DNA of 63,646 bases, the filler included, from Octopus bimaculoides (Eukaryota): assembly GCF_001194135.2 (NCBI RefSeq). It is 5 parts of 5 records of this genome, joined end to end, with 100 filler letters (N's around TTAATTAATTAA, not from the genome) between each part and the next. Parts side by side here need not be neighbours in the genome. Positions count along the whole stretch, not along the records: positions 1 to 27,453 come from NC_068989.1; 4 more parts are not named here. The stretch is one strand, 5' to 3'. Positions 12,311 through 26,034 of this stretch are shown piece by piece. A program made the position numbers and the translations under genes. The first letter of the stretch is position 1. Every line of letters starts with the position of its first letter. The notes below the pieces were generated by a model. That model saw only the letters and a list, made by a program, of their open reading frames with translations, ran no database searches and had not been told where the DNA came from.

Positions 12311-14465
12311 GCTGTTGCTGCTGCTGTTGTTGTTGAGGTCGTTGTTGTTGGTGGTGGTGGTGATGTGGTTGTGTGTTTTTGTTGTATGAGTGGTGTGTGC
12401 TTGCGAGTCAGTACGCGTATGCATGTGTGCAATGTATGTGTGNNNNNNNNNNNNNNNNNNNNNNNNNNNNNNNNNNNNNNNNNNNNNNNNNNNNNNNNNN
12501 NNNNNNNNNNNNNNNNNNNNNNNNNNNNNNNNNNNNNNNNNNNNNNNNNNNNNNNNNNNNNNNNNNNNNNNNNNNNNNNNNNNNNNNNNNNNNNNNNNNN
12601 NNNNNNNNNNNNNNNNNNNNNNNNNNNNNNNNNNNNNNNNNNNNNNNNNNNNNNNNNNNNNNNNNNNNNNNNNNNNNNNNNNNNNNNNNNNNNNNNNNNN
12701 NNNNNNNNNNNNNNNNNNNNNNNNNNNNNNNNNNNNNNNNNNNNNNNNNNNNNNNNNNNNNNNNNNNNNNNNNNNNNNNNNNNNNNNNNNNNNNNNNNNN
12801 NNNNNNNNNNNNNNNNNNNNNNNNNNNNNNNNNNNNNNNNNNNNNNNNNNNNNNNNNNNNNNNNNNNNNNNNNNNNNNNNNNNNNNNNNNNNNNNNNNNN
12901 NNNNNNNNNNNNNNNNNNNNNNNNNNNNNNNNNNNNNNNNNNNNNNNNNNNNNNNNNNNNNNNNNNNNNNNNNNNNNNNNNNNNNNNNNNNNNNNGTCTT
13001 CGTCGTCGTGGTGGTGGTGGTGGTGGTGGTAGTGGTAGTGGTGGTGGTGGTGGTGGTGGTGACGGTGACGATGACGCCGTTAGCGACGAGGCCGATATCG
13101 TCGACGGCGACGGCGACGACGAAAGACGACGGTGGATGGAGCTGGTGGGGAAGCGAATTGGGAGAATTGGACGTGGAACATCGGTTTGGAGGAGGAGTTA
13201 AGAGAAAAAGCACGAACACTAGAAAGAGATGATATGGTAAAGAGAGACGGAGGAGGAGGACGAGAACGACGACGACGTGGAGAAGGATCACGGGAGGTGT
13301 AGTGGAGGAGGCGTAGTGGGGGAGGATATTTTGGTCGGATTGCTGGGTGGTAGAAATAATACGATAGACTTATTTGACATATATCAACCAATCTGTTTAC
13401 AGTTTGTTGACAGTTGGAGCTAAACTTTAAAGATTCGGACCATTTGAAGTGGAAAATATTTACAAACAAAACGAAGCGGAGAAGTTCTTTTAACCATATT
13501 TTAATTTATATATATATATATATATGCGAGCGAACGTGCGTCAGTGTGCGTGTGTGTGTCTGAGTATATATATATANNNNNNNNNNNNNNNNNNNNNNNN
13601 NNNNNNNNNNNNNNNNNNNNNNNNNNNNNNNNNNNNNNNNNNNNNNNNNNNNNNNNNNNNNNNNNNNNNNNNNNNNNNNNNNNNNNNNNNNNNNNNNNNN
13701 NNNNNNNNNNNNNNNNNNNNNNNNNNNNNNNNNNNNNNNNNNNNNNNNNNNNNNNNNNNNNNNNNNNNNNNNNNNNNNNNNNNNNNNNNNNNNNNNNNNN
13801 NNNNNNNNNNNNNNNNNNNNNNNNNNNNNNNNNNNNNNNNNNNNNNNNNNNNNNNNNNNNNNNNNNNNNNNNNNNNNNNNNNNNNNNNNNNNNNNNNNNN
13901 NNNNNNNNNNNNNNNNNNNNNNNNNNNNNNNNNNNNNNNNNNNNNNNNNNNNNNNNNNNNNNNNNNNNNNNNNNNNNNNNNNNNNNNNNNNNNNNNNNNN
14001 NNNNNNNNNNNNNNNNNNNNNNNNNNNNNNNNNNNNNNNNNNNNNNNNNNNNNNNNNNNNNNNNNNNNNNNNNNNNNNNNNNNNNNNNNNNNNNNNNNNN
14101 NNNNNNNNNNNNNNNNNNNNNNNNNNNNNNNNNNNNNNNNNNNNNNNNNNNNNNNNNNNNNNNNNNNNNNNNNNNNNNNNNNNNNNNNNNNNNNNNNNNN
14201 NNNNNNNNNNNNNNNNNNNNNNNNNNNNNNNNNNNNNNNNNNNNNNNNNNNNNNNNNNNNNNNNNNNNNNNNNNNNNNNNNNNNNNNNNNNNNNNNNNNN
14301 NNNNNNNNNNNNNNNNNNNNNNNNNNNNNNNNNNNNNNNNNNNNNNNNNNNNNNNNNNNNNNNNAATAATAAAGGGTAAAATTAATTAATTAATTAATTA
14401 ATATTTAATAATTTTACCAAGTACTTCGGTATGTTAAAATAACCTTTATCGGTAACCTTATACAA

Positions 14466-14722
14466 AAATTCTATAATTATAAGCTTAATTATAATTAGGG
14501 TTCAGCAAATTGCTTCACCACATACCGAAATTTAAAAATAGCAGTTAAATACTATTCCTCTACCATAAGATATCTCCCAGACAGCGATACTCTTAATTCA
14601 CGTAGGTAAAAAGAAAAAAAATAACGAATCCACCCGGCTTTGATCAACCACATGCTATTTCGTTATGTGGTGAAGCAATTCGCTGAACCCTAATTATAAT
14701 TATGCTTATAATTGTAGAATTT
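14466..14722. mobile_element. MITE-like hairpin element with 66-bp arms
   Basis: Arms 14466-14531 and 14657-14722 are reverse complements with 4 mismatches in 66 bp. Confidence 0.8.
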
Positions 14723-15597
14723 ATATATATATAAATTTTGTACGACTCTCTTATTCTGTCATTCTTTCTTTCTTTCAGCCCCTTTTACACTTACTTCGTT
14801 CTTTCTACTTTTCTTTCTTTCGCCCCCCTCCTCTCTCTCACATTTCCTGACCCTTCCCTTCATTCTCACCTTCCCTCCTCTTTCACTTCTCTCTGTCCCT
14901 TTTCTTTTTTTTTTCTCGTCCCTCCCTAATTATATCCCTCTGCCTCTATCTCTCTCCTCTCCTTCCACGTTTGTGTTACCACTTTCCAAGTCTATATACT
15001 TTCTGTACCCAATTTCTAGATTGAACTCCATGGAAATTATGGCTGCCTCAATAAGTATGGCCTCTGCGTTGCAGTATTTAACTAGTGATCATGAATTTTA
15101 ATTTCGTTCTGTTTTGTCGGCGAGTGGTTGTGATATACTATTTGTGTTCGTGGCTCAATTGTAACTTATTTTCTGGTTACGCCTGATAAAATCTTATCTA
15201 TATTTACAATTGAAAAGGAAGTGCTTGTCTGTCAAAATGAAAAAAATTCTTACTGTATCCGATTTCACATTCAATGAAAATAGAAAGGGGTCGTACAGTC
15301 ATGTTTCACGTACGCTTTTCAGTGTTTATATTTGATTTTGCATGTGGTGGGAGTTAGTCCACTGACGAGGCTCTGTCACACTTAAAATGAGAATTGGATT
15401 TACGAAACTGAAGCCTAAGGAAACCCACGATGATTTATAGAGCGGCGCCATTTCTCAGGGGAGCCTGGTGCTACTAGTGTGTTTCATGCATTTACACTGT
15501 GCCAGCGCAAACCCTACGGCAAACCCACAAGCAGGGGACCATACTGGAGAAAGAATGTGAACTGCTAATATCGAAACCAAGTTTTTTTTATTTCGTT

Positions 15598-15897
15598 ACT
15601 CTTTATCCTTTTACTCGTTTCAGTCATTTGACTGCGGCTACGCTGGAGCACCGCCTTTAGTCGAACAAACCGACCCCAGGACTACCATCCTTGCAACATC
15701 TATATTCCTTCCCATGCCTGTCATCTCTTATGTCTCTGCCGTAAGGCTTCACTTTCACACACGCCAGGTTCATTTAATTCATTCTTAGTCGAAAGACACC
15801 TGTTGTTTGTAAGCCTAGTACTTATTCTATCGGTCAGTTTTTGGCGAACCACTAACATCGGTTGTCAAGCAATAATGGGGGACAAACACAGAGACAG

Positions 15898-15966
<69 letters not shown>

Positions 15967-16234
15967 NNNNNNNNNNNNNNNNNNNNNNNNNNNNNNNNNN
16001 NNNNNNNNNNNNNNNNNNNNNNNNNNNNNNNNNNNNNNNNNNNNNTATGTATGTATGTATGTATGTATGTACGACGGGCTTCTTTCAGTTTCCGTCTACC
16101 AAATCCACTCACAAGATTTTGATCGACCCGAAGCTATACTAGAAGACACTTGCCCAAGTTACCACGCAGTGGGACTGAACTCAGAACCAGGCGGTTGGGA
16201 AGCAATCTTCTTACCACACAGCCAATCCTGCGTC
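15598..16234 (-). mobile_element. SINE family D with an internal CA/TA microsatellite and a ~120-bp insertion
   Basis: Collinear with the copy at 25514-25900 except for extra sequence at about 15685-15805. Confidence 0.88.
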
Positions 16235-17853
16235 TGCTTAGTTATTTCTCATTGAAAAGTCAGCAGTGTGGAAGGTTAGAGTGATGAGGGAGGAAGTCTA
16301 AAGGAAGGTATGTAAGAGGAACAGAATGAAAAGTGTAGAAAGAGGAAATACGAAAAGGAAGAGAAATGAGAGATAATGAAGTGAGATGAAGATAGAAGTA
16401 AGTAAAGAAGAGAGTATAAGCCAAAAAAGGAAGGCTGAGGCAAAGAAATAAGGAGTGAGGTGTAGCTAGAGAGGAGTATTAAAAAAATAGAAGATGAGGG
16501 TAATTAAGAAGAGCGTGAGAGATAGGAGGAGAGAGGTAGTGGGAGGTAAAATGAAAGTAGAAAGAATGAATGTAGCAGCAAATGAGAGAAAGTGGCAGAG
16601 TTCGTGGTAATGAATAAGAGAAAAAATGCTTTTTCGTTCTGTTATTTACTAGCAGAAGGACAACAAATTAGAGAGAAAAAAACAAGGACCAAGATGAATA
16701 TACAGAAAAAAAAACAGCTAAAAATAAAGGAAATGGGAGAAGAGGGTGAGCGAAAGACATGTACTCAGGCTGACGGCGGGGCTGAAAGACGTAAAAACGA
16801 AAAACAAACATATATATATATATANNNNNNNNNNNNNNNNNNNNNNNNNNNNNNNNNNNNNNNNNNNNNNNNNNNNNNNNNNNNNNNNNNNNNNNNNNNN
16901 NNNNNNNNNNNNNNNNNNNNNNNNNNNNNNNNNNNNNNNNNNNNNNNNNNNNNNNNNNNNNNNNNNNNNNNNNNNNNNNNNNNNNNNNNNNNNNNNNNNN
17001 NNNNNNNNNNNNNNNNNNNNNNNNNNNNNNNNNNNNNNNNNNNNNNNNNNNNNNNNNNNNNNNNNNNNNNNNNNNNNNNNNNNNNNNNNNNNNNNNNNNN
17101 NNNNNNNNNNNNNNNNNNNNNNNNNNNNNNNNNNNNNNNNNNNNNNNNNNNNNNNNNNNNNNNNNNNNNNNNNNNNNNNNNNNNNNNNNNNNNNNNNNNN
17201 NNNNNNNNNNNNNNNNNNNNNNNNNNNNNNNNNNNNNNNNNNNNNNNNNNNNNNNNNNNNNNNNNNNNNNNNNNNNNNNNNNNNNNNNNNNNNNNNNNNN
17301 NNNNNNNNNNNNNNNNNNNNNNNNNNNNNNNNNNNNNNNNNNNNNNNNNNNNNNNNNNNNNNNNNNNNNNNNNNNNNNNNNNNNNNNNNNNNNNNNNNNN
17401 NNNNNNNNNNNNNNNNNNNNNNNNNNNNNNNNNNNNNNNNNNNNNNNNNNNNNNNNNNNNNNNNNNNNNNNNNNNNNNNNNNNNNNNNNNNNNNNNNNNN
17501 NNNNNNNNNNNNNNNNNNNNNNNNNNNNNNNNNNNNNNNNNNNNNNNNNNNNNNNNNNNNNNNNNNTATAAAATATAGTTTTGAAGTTTACAATGTGTTC
17601 TTTGTATAGTTTGTTCAGCTAATGTCTCTTTTTCTTTTTTCTTTCCATTTGAGGATTTTTAGCTGTGGTGGCTGAAATAAAACTAATATAACTAATAGGG
17701 TGGTGGGGGGGGGGAACTGAGGAACATACGTATGATGTATGCATGTATGCATGCAAACATGTATGTATGTGTGTGTGTAAGTGTTTGTGTAGGTGAGCGC
17801 GTGTGTAAATACATAAACACATTTCTATGCAATATTGCATATAAATGCACATA

Positions 17854-17889
<36 letters not shown>

Positions 17890-17920
17890 TATAATTATAT
17901 ATGTGGATATGTGTATACAT

Positions 17921-17951
<31 letters not shown>

Positions 17952-17975
17952 CATATATGTGTGTACGTGTATATG

Positions 17976-18012
<37 letters not shown>

Positions 18013-18047
18013 TACTATATGTGTGAGTGCAAGCGTGTGTGTGTATG

Positions 18048-18109
<62 letters not shown>

Positions 18110-18217
18110 TATATTGATATAAAGATATATACACATACACACACATACACACATATATATACATACATATGCATATATACATATAATATATTCACATACA
18201 TACAAATACACACACAG

Positions 18218-18253
<36 letters not shown>

Positions 18254-18459
18254 ACACCTGATATGAGATGTGAGAAAAATAAATATTTGTCTTACACGTT
18301 TCGCTTGTAAGAACTGACGTTGCTGGCATGATATTTTCGGAAATTCTGTTTGTCATGTGTTGCTATGGTGCTATGCTATGGCGCTCTCGCCTTCTTCTAC
18401 ATCTTCGTTTCGACGAAGTAAATTTAGGTGGCGCGCTAGTGACTAATGATAGTCATAGC

Positions 18460-18510
<51 letters not shown>

Positions 18511-18556
18511 CGGTGGTGATAGTGGGGACGGCGGTGGTGGTTGCTGTTGTAACAGT

Positions 18557-18614
<58 letters not shown>

Positions 18615-18649
18615 ATAGTGGTGGTAATAGTGGTGGTTGTTGTAACAGC

Positions 18650-18699
<50 letters not shown>

Positions 18700-18897
18700 C
18701 AACAGTGGTGGTGATGGTGGTGGTGATGGAGTTTTTAGTAATGGTAGTGGTGGTGGTGGTGGTGGTGGTGGTAGTGGTTTTAGTGGTACTAATAGTAGTT
18801 GTGCTGCTGGTGGCTGAGGTGGATTTGGTGGTGGTGTTGGTATTAGTTGTAATAGTGGTGGTGTTGGTGGCGGCGCCTTGCGGCGGCAGCAGCAGCT

Positions 18898-18982
<85 letters not shown>

Positions 18983-19155
18983 CAGCAGCAGCAGCAGCAG
19001 TAGTAGTCTTCTTTTAAACGATGTCGGTGTTCACGGTGGTAGCAGTGATGGCTATAACAACCGAGCTTGTGATTATAGCTGTTGTTGTTGTTGTTGTTGC
19101 TGTTGTTATTGTTGATGTTGTTGTTGCCGTCGCTGCTGCTGCTGTTGTTGTTTTC
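18460..19155. repeat. Large compound (TAG)n/(CAG)n/(TGG)n/(TTG)n microsatellite
   Basis: Read directly; gives the poly-S/V/L pseudo-ORFs at 18436-19239. Confidence 0.95.
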
Positions 19156-19479
19156 GTAATGATTGCCGTTTCAATGGTTGTTGGCAACGGTTTTCATCGC
19201 GTTCATGTTGGCTGTGGTGATAGTGTTGAATGCGATTAATAATATCCAATTTGTTTCTAGATCTCGAAGATATCAGATGAAAGGACTTCGTGCAATGAGA
19301 TACCCTTTATATTTCATCTGACAATACTGTATCTGGGATTGTGATATCTATTGTAGTCTTTTTTCAAAGATGATAGAGTATGAATTGAAGAAGATGTAGC
19401 AGATATTTTTAGCAGAAGAGGCGACTGCACATGCATTAGCTGTTTCTTAAAACCATTGTCTCTCCTTTACAGATCAGAC

Positions 19480-19850
19480 ATCTTGGTTTCAAAGTTTGGC
19501 ATAGCACCAGCAAGTTTTGGGGAGTAGTAAGTCGATTACATCGACCCCAGTGCACAACTGGCATTTATTTTATCGGCCCCGAAAGGATAAAAAGCAAAGT
19601 CGACTACGACGGAATTTGATTTCAGAACGTAAGGACGAACGAAATGCCGCTAAGAATTCAACTCGGTATTCTAACGGTTCTGCCAGCCCGCCGCCTTAGA
19701 CCAAACAGATCTTGGTTTCAAAATTTGACACAAGGCCAGTAACTTCAAGGGAAGGTGTAAGCCGATTACATCGCCCCCAGTACTCAACTGGTACCTATTT
19801 TATCAAACCCCAAAGGATGAAAAGCAAAGTCGGTTTCGACGGAAAAAAAA
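19480..19850 (-). mobile_element. Two tandem SINE family A copies (one full, one 5'-truncated)
   Basis: Both begin a(c/g)atcttggtttcaaa and contain gattacatcg.ccccagt..caactgg and aaagcaaagtcg; the head ends at ctgccagcccgccgcc (19696). Confidence 0.85.
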
Positions 19851-21391
19851 ATCTAATTTCCTTTAATTTTCATAAAATCAATAAATTAAACTGCAAGCAA
19901 TAATACAGGAAAACTGTGGACGACTTGTCCCAGTGACAGTCTTATTAAAATCGGCTACATTAGCAATTACAACAATAACAAGTGGAAGAACAACAATTAC
20001 AACAGCAACGACAGCAGTCACTACGTATTAAGGAAATAAGAAAAAGTCATTTCTTTGATAAGGCATTCTAAAGTAGAAAGACCGACATAACATTTATACG
20101 AGAAATTTGAGAACGACAAAAAAATACAGTCGCAGCTACGACATAGAATATGATAAGATTTGATAAGCGGTTGTGTCATAAAGCGGAAGGTATATACATA
20201 TGTACATAGATATACACACATATAGACATACAGACACACACACACGCTCATATATATCTATATATTTATGTATATCCATATATGTACATATATATATTTA
20301 TATGCATGTATGTATGTATGTATGTATGTATGTATGTATGTATGTATGTATGTATGTATATGAGTATGAAGGTCGGTTCGGTAGGTTTGTAGGTAGAGAA
20401 TGAGTGAATGGGTGTAGGTGAAAATGGATATTCACGATAGCATAAGCAGTAACAGAGTAATCTCATCAGGAGGAGAAATAATTACACTCTCCTTCTGTAT
20501 CGAAAACATATTACCTCTCCCTTACAAACCCCAACACATACACACACATATGTGCATGTACATACATGCATATATATATATATGTATATATATATATGTA
20601 TATATAAATATNNNNNNNNNNNNNNNNNNNNNNNNNNNNNNNNNNNNNNNNNNNNNNNNNNNNNNNNNNNNNNNNNNNNNNNNNNNNNNNNNNNNNNNNN
20701 NNNNNNNNNNNNNNNNNNNNNNNNNNNNNNNNNNNNNNNNNNNNNNNNNNNNNNNNNNNNNNNNNNNNNNNNNNNNNNNNNNNNNNNNNNNNNNNNNNNN
20801 NNNNNNNNNNNNNNNNNNNNNNNNNNNNNNNNNNNNNNNNNNNNNNNNNNNNNNNNNNNNNNNNNNNNNNNNNNNNNNNNNNNNNNNNNNNNNNNNNNNN
20901 NNNNNNNNNNNNNNNNNNNNNNNNNNNNNNNNNNNNNNNNNNNNNNNNNNNNNNNNNNNNNNNNNNNNNNNNNNNNNNNNNNNNNNNNNNNNNNNNNNNN
21001 NNNNNNNNNNNNNNNNNNNNNNNNNNNNNNNNNNNNNNNNNNNNNNNNNNNNNNNNNNNNNNNNNNNNNNNNNNNNNNNNNNNNNNNNNNNNNNNNNNNN
21101 NNNNNNNNNNNNNNNNNNNNNNNNNNNNNNNNNNNNNNNNNNNNNNNNNNNNNNNNNNNNNNNNNNNNNNNNNNNNNNNNNNNNNNNNNNNNNNNNNNNN
21201 NNNNNNNNNNNNNNNNNNNNNNNNNNNNNNNNNNNNNNNNNNNNNNNNNNNNNNNNNNNNNNNNNNNNNNNNNNNNNNNNNNNNNNNNNNNNNNNNNNNN
21301 NNNNNNNNNNNNNNNNNNNNNNNNNNNNNNNNNNNNNNNNNNNNNNNNNNNNNNNNNNNNNNNNNNNNNNNNNNNNNNNNNNNNNNNNNNN

Positions 21392-21425
<34 letters not shown>

Positions 21426-21433
<8 letters not shown>

Positions 21434-21541
21434 GAGACCACTAGGTGGACGGGTATGTGCTAGAAGGAGATCACATGTAATGCGTCTACTAAGACCCACG
21501 TTCTAGCACATTAGCCGTCCACCTCGTGGTCTCCTTTATAT
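21426..21541. mobile_element. Small hairpin (MITE-like) in a (TA)n tract
   Basis: tatataaaggagaccactaggtggacgggtatgtgctagaa (21425-21465) pairs with 21501-21542 with about 3 differences; TA-flanked. Confidence 0.75.
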
Positions 21542-21559
21542 ATACATACACAATAATCC

Positions 21560-21675
21560 TTTGAGATCTCAGATAATTTTTTGAACCTCCTGATTCTTTC
21601 AATGTGCTAGTTCCCTGGTATTAAATTGATAGCAATTAATATCCAATTTTTACCTTACTACTTTAATTTTAATAT
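21560..21675. repeat. Unclassified dispersed repeat, second copy at about 57806-57915
   Basis: ctttgagatctcagata...gttccctggtattaaattga...aattaatatccaattttt is present in both places. Confidence 0.8.
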
Positions 21676-22543
21676 ATNNNNNNNNNNNNNNNNNNNNNNN
21701 NNNNNNNNNNNNNNNNNNNNNNNNNNNNNNNNNNNNNNNNNNNNNNNNNNNNNNNNNNNNNNNNNNNNNNNNNNNNNNNNNNNNNNNNNNNNNNNNNNNN
21801 NNNNNNNNNNNNNNNNNNNNNNNNNNNNNNNNNNNNNNNNNNNNNNNNNNNNNNNNNNNNNNNNNNNNNNNNNNNNNNNNNNNNNNNNNNNNNNNNNNNN
21901 NNNNNNNNNNNNNNNNNNNNNNNNNNNNNNNNNNNNNNNNNNNNNNNNNNNNNNNNNNNNNNNNNNNNNNNNNNNNNNNNNNNNNNNNNNNNNNNNNNNN
22001 NNNNNNNNNNNNNNNNNNNNNNNNNNNNNNNNNNNNNNNNNNNNNNNNNNNNNNNNNNNNNNNNNNNNNNNNNNNNNNNNNNNNNNNNNNNNNNNNNNNN
22101 NNNNNNNNNNNNNNNNNNTACATCCAATACTTTTGTATGTGAAAGCGTGTTAGCATGAATTTGTCTGAGCAATATGTCTACTTCAGTAAATGATTTTTTT
22201 TTTTTTACCACTATGATAAATAAAAACTTGTTACAGAGTGACAGAGTGTGAAATTTGGCGGGAGGTATTGGCTGATTACACTGGCATCATTACTTGCTTG
22301 GTGCAGAATCTTATTGACGCCCCGGATAGATTTGAACTCAGAATGCAAAGATTCGGAAAGAAGGGTACGAAACTCATACACAGAATAGTAGAGTACCTCT
22401 TCGCTTTCGCTTCTGTATGAAATCGCAACAGCGCGATTGGCCATATCTCCCTCAAATATCTTTAAGGCACTTTTTCTGATCAAGAAGGTCAGGGTTCCAG
22501 TAACCATGGTTACAATGACTTATTATAACCTTTATTACTAAAG

Positions 22544-22755
22544 AAGCAAGCTGGTAGTCTCGTTCGCATGCCAGACAAAATGCTTAGCGGTATTTCGTTC
22601 GTCTTTACGTTTTGAGTTCAAATTTTGCCTTTCAATCCTTTCGAGGTCGATAAAATGAGTATCAGTTGGGTACTGGGATCGATATAATCGACTTGCATCC
22701 CCNNNNNNNNNNAAAAAAATTCAGGCCTTGTACCTTTAGTAGAAAGTATTATTAT
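22544..22755 (+). mobile_element. SINE family A
   Basis: aatgcttagcggtatttcgttcgtctttacgttttgagttcaaatt ... tcaggccttgtacctttagtagaaag. Confidence 0.85.
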
Positions 22756-23818
22756 AGCTGTATTTGTTGTTTTTGTTGTTGCTGTTGTTTCTTACATAGA
22801 CACATAGCATAATGTCATCCATTGTTAGGAAAGTTTGTAACGGATTTTGTCGTCAAGTATATTTCGCTGGTGTTTATTTTTACGACCTTGTTGGAATTTG
22901 AACTCAGAACATAGGGAGGGATAACTAAATAATTGTTATTAAGGCAAAGGTTGTTGGTGTGGAAGAAAAAAAGGGAGTATTATGTACAGTTGAAACTGAA
23001 GGAATGATTGTCTGACAGGTACAGACAATCAGAATAAGTGACAGAGACGAAAAGAAAGAGACAGATAGGGGAAGAAATAGAGAAGGCGAGAAAGAAGAAG
23101 TAAGGTAATAGTGATTGAGAGACAGAGATATAGACAGACGGTAAGAAAAAAACGTACATATATTGGTAGGAAGAATGGTAGGGACGTGTGAAATCTGTAC
23201 AGAGTGTAAAGTGAAAGAAAAAAAAAAGAGAGACAGTGCTAGACAGACACAGACATAAAAAGAAAAAGTAGGAATAGAGACGTGAAAAAATTATATAATG
23301 AATAGATTAAAGAGAGAGTGAGAACGAAAGTGACAGAGAAAAAGAGAGAGAAAGAGAGACAGGAGATAGGGAGAGAACGACAGACAGGAGATGTCATTGC
23401 TATTTATTTTACCGTTTTTATTTAAGCTGAGTGAAAGTTCTTTGACACGTTGTATGGCAAGTGGAGGTATTAAACAAACAAGCACAATCCTCCTGTGGTA
23501 TGAAGTTGTTGATATAATATAAATACATTAATTATATCATATGCACACGCATACAGATAGACATTGTAGCTTGCACGTCTATACACATATACAAAGAAAC
23601 GTTCGCATTTATACAGACGCGTGCACAGACACTCAGAAATACAGATACATATAAACGCATACAATTTATCTGGAGAAACACAACGACACATACACACATG
23701 TATTATATCGTTTATATCGTTTATACGTATATAATCTAATTAATTACATAAATATATCATATAATCAATGTTACGAAAAGTATCGTATATTTGGTAATGA
23801 TATAACCTACGCGGAAAA

Positions 23819-23986
23819 GGCGGCGAGATGGCAGAATCGTTAACAGGCCGAACAAATTCTTAGCAGCATTTAGTCCGTCTTTATGTTCTTCCTGTTTCTC
23901 TTTATGCTCTTGCACGAAGGGGCTGGGATCATCCCAGTTTAGAGGTCTCAGTGGCGTCATCGTCCGGAGTTCAAATTCCGCCGAGG
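23819..23986 (+). mobile_element. SINE family A 5' half interrupted by a 77-bp insert
   Basis: Head 23819-23889, foreign sequence 23890-23966, then gagttcaaattccgccgagg resumes at 23967. Confidence 0.7.
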
Positions 23987-24264
23987 AATTTAGAAAACCT
24001 AAATTGAGTCGGACTTCCATTATTTGCAAGCTCTTCAGTATGCCGATAATCTTTCATTCTGAAAAGGGCCTTGTGTAGTTCGGGTCTCGAAGCGGGCAAA
24101 AACGTTCTACATCCCCATTACGATTTTAGTAGAGCATTTCGTAACAATAAAGTGTTAAAGGCTCGAGCATCCTGCTTGTAGTCCCTCCCTCAACCATGCA
24201 AAGGGATCCCATCCAGTTACATATTTAACCATAATCTGATCCAAATTATTTCTGCAAATCCATT

Positions 24265-24646
24265 GTTGGCACTCCGTCGCTTACGGCGTCGAGGGTTCCA
24301 GTTGATCCGATCAACGGAACATCCTGTTCGTGAAATTAACGTGCAAGTGGCTGAGCACTCCACAGACACGCCGTGCCCTTAACGTAGTTCTCGGGGGTAT
24401 TCAGCGTGACCCAGTGTGACAAGGCTGACCCTTTGAATTACAGGTACAACAGAAACAGAAAGTAAGAGTGAGAGAAAGTTGTGGTGGAAGAGGACAGCAG
24501 AGTTCGCCACCATCCCCTGCCGGAGCCTCGTGGAGCTTTAGGAGTTTTCGCTCAATAAACACTCACAACGCCCAATCTGGGAATCGAAAGCGCGATCCTA
24601 TGACCACGAGTCCGCTTCCCTAACCTCTGGGCCATTGCGCCTCCAC
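24265..24646 (-). mobile_element. tRNA-derived SINE family B, full length, different tail
   Basis: Exact 11-bp TSD gcaaatccatt (24254-24264 / 24647-24657); the 5' ~196 nt are homologous to 7328-7526. Confidence 0.92.
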
Positions 24647-25513
24647 GCAAATCCATTATAGCATCCTTTCTTCATGAAGCACTGTGAAAACAATAGAGAT
24701 GCCCCAGCATCTTACTGTACCCTTAAGTTCAATTTCCTTTTGGGGTGGTTTCTTTTAGTTTGTATCTATAGCTATTTCTCTGAAATCTTGTCCTGTTTGC
24801 TCGTCCACCATTTTCTTCTCCTTACCACAAAGCGATGAAATAATGCAATGAAGAAGACCTCAGCATTGCTCGCTTTTAGAGCCGAGGTCGAGGTAGGCTT
24901 TCCAGCCGCTATCGGAGTGACAATGAGTAGTGATGAGACTGAAGTTGTTACTAGAAAAAGATCCCTCGCAACTATAGCCGCTGGTGCTTCGTAGACGAAG
25001 ACCTGCTACTCCCCGCTGTCTTCGCTTCTCTTCGGATTCTTCAGCTCTTAACGAGACGCTTGCTTTCAATTCTATAACAACTGTACTTTTATTCATCAGT
25101 CTCATCACTTATTCTCAGCATGTGCCTGTGATCTTCAAAGTCATAACAACTTGTCTGTTCCTGCTGATCTTTCTTACCCACATGTTATTCTTCACCATTT
25201 GTACAATTATCAACCGCCTATATTGCGCTGTCACGTTGAGAGCTAACCCGGGTCAACGACACTTGCGAGGATCTCGTTACCTCTAGGTTACGCTGCCCCA
25301 TGTACAAGGATATAAGCCTAGAAACAATTTCTCAGAAATCTCCGCGTTGCACTGCGTCTCGGCATCGGTTCTGAAAATGAAACAGCAACGTCCTAACTTT
25401 TGCCCTTCTTTTAGAGCAAGATACTTGTTCAGATGTCTGGTAAGTTTCCTGTATCTGGACCCACGTAGATGCAGAGAATCCCCGCCACCTCCAATTCTTT
25501 TGTAAGGGATGTG

Positions 25514-25900
25514 TACTCTTTTACTTGTTTCAGTCATTTGACTGCGGCCATGCTGGAGCACCGCCTTTTAGTCGAGCAAATCGACCCCAGGACTTATTTA
25601 TTGTAAGCTTAGTACTTATTCTATCGGTGTCTTTTTGCCGAACTGCTAACTTACGGGGACGTAAACACACCAGCATCGGTTGTCAAGCGATAGTGGGGGG
25701 GACAAACACAGACACACAAACACACATACATATATATATATATATACATATACACAACGGGTTTCTTTCAGTTTCCGTCTACCAAATCCACTCACAAGGC
25801 TTTGGTCAGCCCGAAGCTATAGTAGAAGACCCTTGCCTAAGGTGCCACGCAGTGGGAATGAACACGGAACCAAGTGGTTGGTAAGCAAGCTACTTACCAC
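25514..25900 (-). mobile_element. SINE family D, near full length
   Basis: tttcagtcatttgactgcggccatgctggagcaccgcc tail, internal CA/TA tract, ctaccaaatccactcacaagg body. Confidence 0.9.
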
Positions 25901-26034
25901 GGTAATTTTTTTAATAGCCCACTCCTTGATGAAAATTTTTTAGCATGAAAATAAGCTCTTTCAGAACAATGTTGCCAAGTTTTTGTTTTAAACTATGATT
26001 TTTTAAATATTCAAACAACAATAAATAGAAACAA

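Noticed and set aside
14381-14404. Fifth artificial spacer (attaattaattaattaatta)
   Set aside because: Embedded in called sequence, not flanked by N44 on both sides; a natural (TTAA)n run.
15340-15420. Hammerhead ribozyme (CTGACGA at 15362 ... CGAAAC)
   Set aside because: Stem II does not pair beyond one base, the cleavage triplet would be GUG, and stem I is poor.
896-22211. Long ORFs of 150-340 aa in the ORF track
   Set aside because: They run through N gaps (X residues) or microsatellites (YI, HT, poly-S/V/T) and are not coding evidence.
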